DNA from: an uncultured Alphaproteobacteria bacterium
GTDB lineage: Bacteria > Pseudomonadota > Alphaproteobacteria > RF32 > CAG-239
DNA length: 64,000 nt
Reading direction: 5' to 3'
NCBI GenBank assembly: GCA_944392295.1
Contig: CALXWE010000001.1
Span: 67,239 to 131,238, forward strand
Shown piece after piece: positions 9,985 through 18,492 of the stretch. Position numbers and translations under genes: made by a program. Position 1 is the stretch's first letter. The number at the start of each line of letters is the position of its first letter. Below the pieces are notes generated by a model that saw only the letters and a program-made list of their open reading frames with translations, was not told the origin of the DNA and made no database searches.

Positions 9985-10273
9985 GGGAAACCGCTCTCAA
10001 AAAGGACAAAAACGGCGTATTTAATGACAAAACCGAACATTTCCGAACATTTTCGAACAAAAATGAACAATTCCGAACAAAATCGAACATTTTCGAACAT
10101 TTTTGTGCTGGACATTTTTTGTAAAAAAAGGCTATAAAAAAGCTATAATCGTAAGATCGAGTGCAAGCCATAAACTCTCACGATTATATTTTAACTTAAA
10201 CTAAAATTTTAACAACAGATACCGAAGCTCATAACTTCGGTATTTTTTTATTTAAAAGAAAGGAAAATAAATC
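9985..10273 (+). repeat. cassette element copy C (full: 7 iterons, promoter, stem-loop, terminator, RBS leader)
   Basis: Near-identical to 11505-11800. Confidence 0.85.
10145..10259 (+). ncRNA. candidate short terminated leader transcript (stem-loop ataatcgt...acgattat + intrinsic terminator taccgaagctcataacttcggta-T7)
   Basis: Promoter-like TGGACA/TTGTAA with TATAAA/TATAAT upstream; strong terminator ~110 nt downstream and 14 nt before next ATG. Confidence 0.35.
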
Positions 10274-10531
10274 ATGACAAATAAATTAATCACTGTAGCT
10301 GGTAAATATGCAGCTAAAAAAGTTCGTAATAAAACCGTTAATAAGGCCATGGAAAAAATAAGCGAGCCATATGAAAAATTCAAAAAAGAGGTTTTCAGTA
10401 TAAAACCTCTAAATGTTGGGGAAAGAGAAACCATAAAATGTTTACAAAATCGTCATAACACCTTAGACTATTGCAAGAATATAGGAAACAAGGCAAGGAA
10501 AGCTTATCAAAAATCCGGAAAATATAGGTAA
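10274..10531 (+). CDS. small basic protein starting with MTNK leader
   Basis: Shares cassette RBS and first 4 codons with other MTNK genes. Confidence 0.45.
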   Translation: MTNKLITVAGKYAAKKVRNKTVNKAMEKISEPYEKFKKEVFSIKPLNVGERETIKCLQNRHNTLDYCKNIGNKARKAYQKSGKYR

Positions 10532-10595
10532 CTTTTTATTAAAACAAAAGTACTCATCAATACGGACAATATGCACTGTGTAACGGGAAGATAAT

Positions 10596-10856
10596 ATGAA
10601 AAAGATAGTACTGTTTATAATTGGTCTTATGTGTATACCGCCGATATTGGGGTATTTGACAACATATGTGAGTAACAATCCTGAATGTGAAGTATACACC
10701 GGATTTTGGGGAGTGCTGTATCTATTTATTTATATTCTTTTTCCTTTGTTATATAAAGGGAAAATAAAACAAGCTATGAATAGATATGCTTTTTATGCCT
10801 TGTTGTACGGCATTTTGTTTCTGATAATAAATATATTACTTATTTGTTTTAATTAG
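10596..10856 (+). CDS. small membrane protein
   Basis: Three hydrophobic segments in 86 aa. Confidence 0.4.
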   Translation: MKKIVLFIIGLMCIPPILGYLTTYVSNNPECEVYTGFWGVLYLFIYILFPLLYKGKIKQAMNRYAFYALLYGILFLIINILLICFN

Positions 10857-10906
10857 ATGTAATGAAGCTGTAAAAAGCAGCAAGATTATAATGGTAAATA
10901 GAAAGG

Positions 10907-11416
10907 ATGGCAGAAATGAAGAATATAATATTTTTACTGCTGGCAGTACTAATGCCGACATTGAGTTTAGCAGCAGAAGAAAAGTCAACATTTACATATG
11001 AAGCAGAAAAATGTTCCGGTGAAGAAGATGTATTTATACGAGGTTTAGAGGAAGAATTAGCTAATTGTAAAATTCAAATGCCGGATAATCCATCTACGGC
11101 AGATATGAATAATGCCACTTATGATTTTGGCGATTGTTGTATTGCTGTAGCCAATAAACTTTTTGATAGAAATTACAAAAAGTATAATGAGCAGGTAAAA
11201 CAGGATTTTGATGCACTTGTCAAAGCATTTTATGCAAATGCTCATGATATGGTTCAACATAGCGATTTTGGACTTTTAAGAGGAGGAACTATGTACAATA
11301 CGGAAGCCATTGCTACGGGGGCTTTTTGGATTAGAGATGTGGTAAAAGAATACCTTTATCAAGCACGAATGGAATGCGATGATAAGGCAGGATTTGATTC
11401 ACTGGATATAGAATAG
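10907..11416 (+). CDS. secreted protein with signal peptide
   Basis: MAEMKNIIFLLLAVLMPTLSLAAEEK signal peptide; Cys-containing. Confidence 0.45.
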   Translation: MAEMKNIIFLLLAVLMPTLSLAAEEKSTFTYEAEKCSGEEDVFIRGLEEELANCKIQMPDNPSTADMNNATYDFGDCCIAVANKLFDRNYKKYNEQVKQDFDALVKAFYANAHDMVQHSDFGLLRGGTMYNTEAIATGAFWIRDVVKEYLYQARMECDDKAGFDSLDIE

Positions 11417-11504
11417 ATTATTTTAATCAAACAATGAAAAAGAGGCTTATAAAAGTCTCTTTTTTGTGCTTTTAAAGAAAGGAAAAATAAGTTAGGCTAG
11501 ATAA

Positions 11505-11800
11505 AAGGATAGGGAAATTGTTTCTAAAACGGACAAAAACGGCGTATTTAATGACAAAACCGAACATTTCCGAACATTTTCGAACAAAAATGAACAATTC
11601 CGAACAAAATCGAACATTTTCGAACATTTTTGTGCTGGACATTTTTTGTAAAAAAAGGCTATAAAAAAGCTATAATCGTAAGATCGAGTGCAAGCCATAA
11701 ACTCTCACGATTATATTTTAACTTAAACTAAAATTTTAACAACAGATACCGAAGCTCATAACTTCGGTATTTTTTTATTTAAAAGAAAGGAAAATAAATC
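11505..11800 (+). repeat. cassette element copy D (full)
   Basis: Near-identical to copy C, including 7 cgaaca iterons at ~11558-11632. Confidence 0.85.
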
Positions 11801-13084
11801 ATGACAAATAAAAAATATAATCCATTTGCGGATATGTATAACTTTAATGCTAACAGTAACAACTGGGTACAAAAGCTAGGATATAATGCGGATTTTTATA
11901 ATAATCCGCTGGGCTACAACAGCTCACCCACTCCCAGACCTTATGACAACACAACTGTCTTTGGTGCAGATGATGACAATGAAGTTGTAAGTGGGTTTAA
12001 GCCTCAAACCCCTCGGACAACAAGCTTAAATAACGGATTTAATGTTAATAAGCAGCAACCGTCCATGGGTAATATGTCAAGCTTTAACCTTAAAGGAAAT
12101 AATAACGCTTCTGACTTTAATACGGGCAGTAGCAACTGGGTGCAAAGGTTAGGGTATAATGCGGACTTTTATAATAATCCGCTGGGCTATAACAGCTCGC
12201 CAACTCCCAGACCTTATGACAACACAACTGTCTCTGGTATAAATAACAGCTTTAATATTAATAACCGACAGCCTTCTTTAAGCGGATTGGAAAGTTACAA
12301 TCAACCTCAAAAGAAGCAGTATACTAACCCTAAAGTAAAACCCTTTACTTCATGGGATATTGCTTTATCAGCTCTTGAAGGATTTGGAGAGGGAGCAGCC
12401 GGAGGAACTGAAAATATTATGAATGGACTAACTTTGGGAGGATATGGGATTGTTAGTGATAAATTAGGGTTAGGTATGAAAGAAAGAAAAACAAAATTAC
12501 AACTTTCCTCAGATTATGCTGGTGTAGGAGATGTTTTTAATGTAACCAATAAAGGGACATATTTAATTGGAAATGGATTGTTATTATACCTATTGCGATC
12601 AAAAGGGATACCGGCTATTGGACAAGCTTATAATATATACAATATTTTTAATGGAAGTCGTAACCTTGCAAACCAATTGCACAGAGGTAGCAATTTTAAG
12701 GATATTTACATGGGGAAGATTGATAAAAATAAATTTAATCAAATTAATGATATTAGACTAGGTTTAGGCGAGGCTCCTATTTTATCCAGACAAGTAAAAA
12801 TCCCCAAGCAAAATGTACAACATATTTGGGATAGGCGAATTAATATTGGACAATCTAAACCCAGAGAAGTTGCAAATTATGTGAAAGATAGCATTTTTAG
12901 TAAAGATAGTCAGGTGTTTCCAGGTAATGTCTCTCGTAACCAGGTGATTATTAAAACGGGTGATAAACACCCCAGTATGAGTGTTATATCAAAAGATGAT
13001 ATATTTGATGGTATATCGGTAAGAAGTTCTATGCAGAAAGATTTGCCAAGCCTATTAAAAAAATATCCCGATTTAAAATACTAA
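11801..13084 (+). CDS. MTNK-family protein, N-terminal module present twice, Gly-rich linker, unique C-terminal domain (candidate toxin/effector)
   Basis: Residues 1-52 and ~107-150 repeat SNNWVQ(K/R)LGYNADFYNNPLGYNSSPTPRPYDNTTV; C-terminal ~250 aa unrelated to 7841 protein. Confidence 0.6.
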   Translation: MTNKKYNPFADMYNFNANSNNWVQKLGYNADFYNNPLGYNSSPTPRPYDNTTVFGADDDNEVVSGFKPQTPRTTSLNNGFNVNKQQPSMGNMSSFNLKGNNNASDFNTGSSNWVQRLGYNADFYNNPLGYNSSPTPRPYDNTTVSGINNSFNINNRQPSLSGLESYNQPQKKQYTNPKVKPFTSWDIALSALEGFGEGAAGGTENIMNGLTLGGYGIVSDKLGLGMKERKTKLQLSSDYAGVGDVFNVTNKGTYLIGNGLLLYLLRSKGIPAIGQAYNIYNIFNGSRNLANQLHRGSNFKDIYMGKIDKNKFNQINDIRLGLGEAPILSRQVKIPKQNVQHIWDRRINIGQSKPREVANYVKDSIFSKDSQVFPGNVSRNQVIIKTGDKHPSMSVISKDDIFDGISVRSSMQKDLPSLLKKYPDLKY

Positions 13085-13404
13085 AGTGGCTTTGGATGGA
13101 CGGTGTTTCCCATCATTACAACACAAATACGTCGTGTTCTGCAGTTGCACCGATTTTCTGCTCTTCAAAGCCACTACATTTATGTAGTATTTGTCACTAC
13201 ATAAAATATGCATTAGGTTGACAAATAACCTAATAACATTGATATGTTAAGCTAAAAACAACAATTTGTCAATCATATTGATTATCTGTATTTTTTAATA
13301 TGCGTAATAGTTTATTCCATAGTCGCCTACTTTATCAGAGATTTATAGTCTGTAAGAGATTACCAAAGAGGGGGTAAAAGCTCCCTCTTTGGTATTTTAA
13401 AAGC

Positions 13405-13515
13405 AGACAAGGGATAGGGAAATCGCTCTCAAAACGGACAAAAACGTCTTTAATTTTAACAACCAATACCGAAGCTCATAACTTCGGTATTTTTTTATAA
13501 TAAGAAAGGAAAATA
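13405..13515 (+). repeat. cassette element copy E (deletion derivative: upstream part joined directly to terminator + RBS)
   Basis: gggaaatcgctctcaaaacggacaaaaacg...ttttaacaaccaataccgaagctcataacttcggtattttttt; upstream 13290-13400 duplicates 9850-9960 (3' end of 9378-9914 gene). Confidence 0.75.
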
Positions 13516-15294
13516 ATGTTCGCATATACTCTTGAAAAAGAAAGCTTTATGTCAACGGGAAATCCCGATGATAAGCGGGCAGTAGTTCAAGATGTGGTGG
13601 ATTTATTCACATCTTGGGATACTGTTCGTACTAAACAAAAAAATATTGCCGATAAGTTGCATTCGGAAATCTATCTGGATGACCGAAAAAAAACTTATGT
13701 CCCGGAAGATGACGAATGGAAATCGGATATCCATCTTAATAAAATCTATTCGTTATTCCAAACACATCAGGCCTACATTTGGGATAATATCTATTCTAAT
13801 GTGGAAAATATGTTTGATGTTGAAGGAATTGATGATCTTTCGGCACAAACGGCTTTGTTGCAAAAACAAAAACTGGTTAATACCTTTTATAATATCGGTA
13901 TTCAACGCAAGCTGGATACCGCTATTGAGCATTTAGACAGTGTCGGTGAAATTTGTTTGTTTATCGGTTGGCAAAAAAAATATAAACAAATCCGCCGTCG
14001 TTTGGATAAATTCAGCTCCTCTGCCGATAAGCCCTTGCTTACTCAAGGCTTGTTCGGGGTGTTTAATCAGGAAATTTATAACGGAGCCGATGTTGAGGCC
14101 ATTAACCCGCTCAATTTGGTATTTGACCCCAGGGTTAATCCTGACGATAAGGAAAAATGGAATGCCTGCGGTAAAATTATTAAATCATGGGAAACATATC
14201 AGTCGGTAGCTTCCAATAAATTGTATAATCTTAAAAAAGAAGAGCTTGATGATTTGCATAAAATGTTAAACTCTCCTTCCAAAGATGAAGATCGTTCGGA
14301 AACAGATAAAACCGATGATGTGGTTGATAGCGATAGGGTTGAGGTTTTACAATATTGGGGAGATTATGTTACCCCAAAAGGCGATGTTTTAAAAAACTGG
14401 CATATCGTAGTTATCGGTCGTAAATATCTGGCGGTGTTTGAACCTAATCGCTGGGTAATTAACCCGATTATCAATATGGCTTTATTTAGGGATATCAACA
14501 GTAAGCGAGGTATTCCCGAATTATGGTCCATTTACGATATATGTAAGGAACAGGAAAATAAAGTAAACTTACAAAATGATGCTCAATCACTTAACCTAAA
14601 TCCTCCGGCCTATGCTCCGGAGGGTTTTTTTAAGGAGGAAAAAGTAAAACTCTTCCCCGGTAAACAAGTGGAATACAAACAGGGTCTTGAAGATCCCGGA
14701 GCAATCATCAAAATGCAGTTTCCGTTGTTCAGTAATGAAAATATTATTCAGTATTATGACAATACGGCTTCAAGCGTAAGCGGTATTTTTCCCAATATGC
14801 AGGGACAACAGGAAGTAAGCAAAGCTACGGCCACCGAAATAAGCATTAAGGTTCAGGGACAAACCACGCGTTTGGGTAAAACTTTGGATACCATCAAGCA
14901 AAATGTTATTGTCCCGATGGTGCAAAAAGTTGCCGAACTTGAAGCTAATATGAAATTCGGTGATGAGGTTTTAAAGCTTAACATTTTGGGGTATCCGGTT
15001 ACCAAAACCATTGATGATGTGGTGCGTCAGGGCAATTATGAATATCGTTATACCGATAATACCGGTATTCAGAAAAAGCTTAACACCAATCAAACGCTTA
15101 TTCAGATTTTTACGCAAATCTGGAATGATGAAAGCGTCCCCTTAAACAAACTGCAAATTGTTAAAGAAGTACTGCGTAATGCCGGCATAGAAAATACCGA
15201 AAAGTTTTTTCTAAGCCAAAATCAAATTCCGGCAGCCAATCAAAATACAGCGGCGGCTGGTGTCAACAATAATCTTTTACCCGTTCAAAAGTAG
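13516..15294 (+). CDS. putative portal protein
   Basis: 592 aa, first structural gene after terminase/cargo, followed by scaffold and capsid genes. Confidence 0.55.
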   Translation: MFAYTLEKESFMSTGNPDDKRAVVQDVVDLFTSWDTVRTKQKNIADKLHSEIYLDDRKKTYVPEDDEWKSDIHLNKIYSLFQTHQAYIWDNIYSNVENMFDVEGIDDLSAQTALLQKQKLVNTFYNIGIQRKLDTAIEHLDSVGEICLFIGWQKKYKQIRRRLDKFSSSADKPLLTQGLFGVFNQEIYNGADVEAINPLNLVFDPRVNPDDKEKWNACGKIIKSWETYQSVASNKLYNLKKEELDDLHKMLNSPSKDEDRSETDKTDDVVDSDRVEVLQYWGDYVTPKGDVLKNWHIVVIGRKYLAVFEPNRWVINPIINMALFRDINSKRGIPELWSIYDICKEQENKVNLQNDAQSLNLNPPAYAPEGFFKEEKVKLFPGKQVEYKQGLEDPGAIIKMQFPLFSNENIIQYYDNTASSVSGIFPNMQGQQEVSKATATEISIKVQGQTTRLGKTLDTIKQNVIVPMVQKVAELEANMKFGDEVLKLNILGYPVTKTIDDVVRQGNYEYRYTDNTGIQKKLNTNQTLIQIFTQIWNDESVPLNKLQIVKEVLRNAGIENTEKFFLSQNQIPAANQNTAAAGVNNNLLPVQK

Positions 15295-15306
15295 AAAGTA
15301 TTTATC

Positions 15307-15507
15307 GTGGATTTAATAGAGCTTCGTGAACTGATGCGTTCCGAAAAGGGTCGGCTGTTGTTACGCTACCTTACGGATTTTATGGTTGAAGTTTCCACCC
15401 GCGGTAATGCCAATGCCGAATGGATAAAAGGTATGGGCATGCTTATCAATCACTTAAAAGAAATTGATGAAATATGCCAAAAATTAAATGAAGAAAAAAG
15501 GAGATAA
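15307..15507 (+). CDS. small phage protein
   Basis: ORF in head-morphogenesis cluster. Confidence 0.35.
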   Translation: MDLIELRELMRSEKGRLLLRYLTDFMVEVSTRGNANAEWIKGMGMLINHLKEIDEICQKLNEEKRR

Positions 15508-15509
15508 AA

Positions 15510-16499
15510 ATGACAATTAAAACAAAATCAACACCTTCACAGCGTTTGACGGATAACTCCTCTGATATATTTGTTGCGGATACCTCTCTAAAAGAGCCTG
15601 AAGCAGTATATCAAGAGCCCGTAAGCGATGCTATGGAAGCTGATGTTAATGATAAAGCCTTGGAAGATGGCGGTCTTATCTTTGGTAAGTTTAAGACCAT
15701 GGAAGAGGCTCAAAAAGGCTATAAAGAGGCGGAACGAGCCATCACGCGAGCCGCCGATTTGGAAAAAGAACTGCAAAACTACCAGTATCTTTCCAAAGCT
15801 TATGAAGAAGATGCCATAGCTAGGCAGAACGGTTATTCCGATCGTTTGGAAATGGCACTTAATCATGATGTAAAGCAACATGAACTTGACAGTTATGCCT
15901 TGGCGGCCAGCCATACATTACCGTATCAGGCTCAGTTGGAAGTTGCTCAATTGATAAATACGTGCCGCCTTGGTGGTACGGAAAAGGAATTCAACCTTTT
16001 ACGGCAGTATTTTCCGCCGCAAGTGGTGGCATTAGTTTCCGAAGATGCGGCTTTATACAAAAATTCGCGTCAGGGCGAGTTTGATAATATCCGCAGTAAC
16101 GATAAAGCCATTCGTTATGCTCGGAAATTGCATGAATTCCGCAATCAAAACGAGAGTTGGTTTGATTCTCCCTTAAAAGAAGACCTTATAAATCAGGCTC
16201 TGGAAGTCTCGGACGGCAGAGTAGATTTAAACGGGCTTAAAAAAATGGCCGATGCCGTAGTGGAAGAAGCTCTCAAAAAATATCAAACCGGTCAGGATAC
16301 GGCGTATCAAAATGCTCTGATGCAAGACAGCTTGCAAACTCCGGGCAATGATAACACGCGTATCAAAAACAAAAAATGGCTTACCAAGGATGAGTATTAC
16401 AAACTCACTCCGGCACAGGAAGCCGAAAAATATGATTTAATCGTGGAACAGGTTTTGCTTGAAAAACAAGGCAAGTTACCGCGTATGTTAACCAAATAA
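15510..16499 (+). CDS. putative scaffolding protein
   Basis: Acidic, helical, low-complexity; directly upstream of capsid gene. Confidence 0.5.
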   Translation: MTIKTKSTPSQRLTDNSSDIFVADTSLKEPEAVYQEPVSDAMEADVNDKALEDGGLIFGKFKTMEEAQKGYKEAERAITRAADLEKELQNYQYLSKAYEEDAIARQNGYSDRLEMALNHDVKQHELDSYALAASHTLPYQAQLEVAQLINTCRLGGTEKEFNLLRQYFPPQVVALVSEDAALYKNSRQGEFDNIRSNDKAIRYARKLHEFRNQNESWFDSPLKEDLINQALEVSDGRVDLNGLKKMADAVVEEALKKYQTGQDTAYQNALMQDSLQTPGNDNTRIKNKKWLTKDEYYKLTPAQEAEKYDLIVEQVLLEKQGKLPRMLTK

Positions 16500-16523
16500 T
16501 TTAATTTTTGAAAGGAAAAAACT

Positions 16524-17462
16524 ATGTCAACAAATGCAGAAACTTTAAACAGACAATTATCCGCCATTATTCCTGAAGTATGGAGTATGTCTTTAACCAA
16601 AGGTTTGGATAAATCCGGTGTGGGAATGAAGGTAGTTAACCGTATTCACGAAGCCGATACTCACGAATACGGCGATACCGTAAACATCGGTGAATTGGGT
16701 GATGTAACCATTTCCGATTACTCGGAAGATGTATCCTCAGGCGGAGTAAATTACCAAAGAATTGATGCCAAAAATCAGCAATTAAAGCTTGATCAAAGCA
16801 AGGCTTTCGGTATTTTTGTTTCCGATATCAGCAACAAACAAGGCAACATTAAAGACTTGCAGTCTAAAATTGAAGCCAAAGCCAAAACGGCAATTGATTT
16901 GGCCAAAGATACCTATATCCTTTCGGCATTTTCGGAAATTCCTGAGGAAAACAAACTGGATAACATTACTTTAACTCCCGATAATGCTTATAAGTGCTTG
17001 GTATGGTTGTCTAAAACCTTAAAGAACAATAACGCCATTCAACTTAAAAACGATCAGGTGTTTAAGTCCAATCAAGCCGGCGGCGATGCCATGCCGTATG
17101 TAATAATCAATCCGGATGTTGAAGCAATTTTATTGCAATCACCCGATTTTATTCATGCTACCCAAGCCGGCGACAGAGTGTTGCGTGAGGGTTCAATCGG
17201 TACCATTGCCGGATTGGATGTTTTGGTATCTACCAACTTGCCGACAACCGAGAAAAAAGTCAACATTATGGCCGGTATCAACGATGCCATTGCCTTTGTG
17301 GGCAATATTTCGCATATTGAGGCCATTCGTGACGAAAAATTCTTCGGCACCAATATCCGCGGCTTATATGTTTACGGTAAAAAAGTAGTTTTACCAAAAG
17401 CCTTAGCCGGTATGACGGTAGATGTAAGTGCAGCTGATTCCATTGTGGAAGCTGCGGCTTAA
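16524..17462 (+). CDS. major capsid protein
   Basis: 312 aa, strong RBS, followed by strong terminator hairpin at ~17500-17546. Confidence 0.6.
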   Translation: MSTNAETLNRQLSAIIPEVWSMSLTKGLDKSGVGMKVVNRIHEADTHEYGDTVNIGELGDVTISDYSEDVSSGGVNYQRIDAKNQQLKLDQSKAFGIFVSDISNKQGNIKDLQSKIEAKAKTAIDLAKDTYILSAFSEIPEENKLDNITLTPDNAYKCLVWLSKTLKNNNAIQLKNDQVFKSNQAGGDAMPYVIINPDVEAILLQSPDFIHATQAGDRVLREGSIGTIAGLDVLVSTNLPTTEKKVNIMAGINDAIAFVGNISHIEAIRDEKFFGTNIRGLYVYGKKVVLPKALAGMTVDVSAADSIVEAAA

Positions 17463-17499
17463 TATTAAAATTAATTCATGTAAATCCTTTCGTTATAAA

Positions 17500-17546
17500 A
17501 AAGCAGAGGACGCAATGAAAATTGCGTCCTCTGTGGGTTTAAAGGA
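17500..17546 (+). terminator. intrinsic terminator after capsid gene
   Basis: gcagaggacgcaatgaaaattgcgtcctctg + T-rich. Confidence 0.6.
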
Positions 17547-17570
17547 AAAATGTTTTGAGGAGAAATAAAA

Positions 17571-17801
17571 ATGGCATCGGAAATTGCAGATAAAGTTTTA
17601 GGCAAAAAGACCGATAACTTTACAAAAAACGATAAATATCTGACCGCCGATTGCGTATGGCAGGTTTATAAAACCGGCTGTGGCAAGAGCCGTGTCAACG
17701 GGTTAATGGCAGCCGAAATGCTAAGTCAGGAAGGTAAGAAAAAAGCCAGAAGAGGCATTAAAAAGATTACCGACAAAGACTTTGTTTTTGAGCGGCAATA
17801 A
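17571..17801 (+). CDS. small phage protein
   Basis: RBS gaggag; 76 aa basic. Confidence 0.35.
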   Translation: MASEIADKVLGKKTDNFTKNDKYLTADCVWQVYKTGCGKSRVNGLMAAEMLSQEGKKKARRGIKKITDKDFVFERQ

Positions 17802-17816
17802 TAAAAAGGAGGAAAG

Positions 17817-18482
17817 ATGAAAACCTATTTTGATATTATACGCGATGTATCCAATTTAAGATGGTCGGTAGTTGATACCGATCCTTCATCTTTTGCGGAA
17901 GTTCAAAAAGCCGTAAAGTTAGCCGTACAGCAAGCCAATAGCTATATTTGGGGATTGGATAATTTTCCGTTTAAGGTAAAAAAAGAGGCTTTTAAGATTA
18001 ACAAAGGGCAGTCGGCATTACCGGCACCTAAAGGCAGTATTGTTAATATTTGGCTTGATGGTTCCAATACATATTTGGAAGAAATCAGTCAGGAAAAAGC
18101 CGATTTTCTTTCGGGAGAAGAGAAGGGTAAGCCGGTGTGTTTTTGGATAGAATTCGGAGATGATGGCGCCGAAGTGCATTTTTATCCCAAGGCTTCCGAA
18201 GATTGCACCATGTTAATCCGTTATATAACTAACTGTAAGGCCAAAGCTCAAGACGGCACTTTAAAGGCCAACTTATCGGATATGGACGATGTATTAAACT
18301 TGCCTGACGACAGTGTGATAGAGGACTTGTTTTTGCATTGTTTAAATACCAAGGCAATGGAGTATTTAATTGCCGATACCAATGATGAAAACTATCAGCC
18401 CTACCAAAAAGAATTTGTGGAAGCTTATTCGTCGTTATTATGTTTTAGTGGGGTTAAGCATAATCCTCGTTTAATCGTTTAA
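17817..18482 (+). CDS. phage structural protein (putative adaptor/tail tubular)
   Basis: Position between capsid and large tail protein. Confidence 0.35.
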   Translation: MKTYFDIIRDVSNLRWSVVDTDPSSFAEVQKAVKLAVQQANSYIWGLDNFPFKVKKEAFKINKGQSALPAPKGSIVNIWLDGSNTYLEEISQEKADFLSGEEKGKPVCFWIEFGDDGAEVHFYPKASEDCTMLIRYITNCKAKAQDGTLKANLSDMDDVLNLPDDSVIEDLFLHCLNTKAMEYLIADTNDENYQPYQKEFVEAYSSLLCFSGVKHNPRLIV

Positions 18483-18492
18483 GGAGGAGGCT

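Noticed and set aside
10031-10105. Possible CRISPR-like array (regular short repeats)
   Set aside because: Units are only ~10 bp, have no unique spacers and sit within a promoter-proximal repeated cassette. This is an iteron or binding-site array, not CRISPR.
9965-10171. 68-aa minus-strand ORF (identical copy at 11492-11698)
   Set aside because: Lies entirely within the repeated cassette element (iterons, promoter, hairpin). The identical duplication is explained by the DNA repeat, and the composition is low-complexity. More likely non-coding.
13592-14209. Internal alternative-frame ORFs within the portal gene
   Set aside because: Nested in a long well-supported ORF; no independent evidence.
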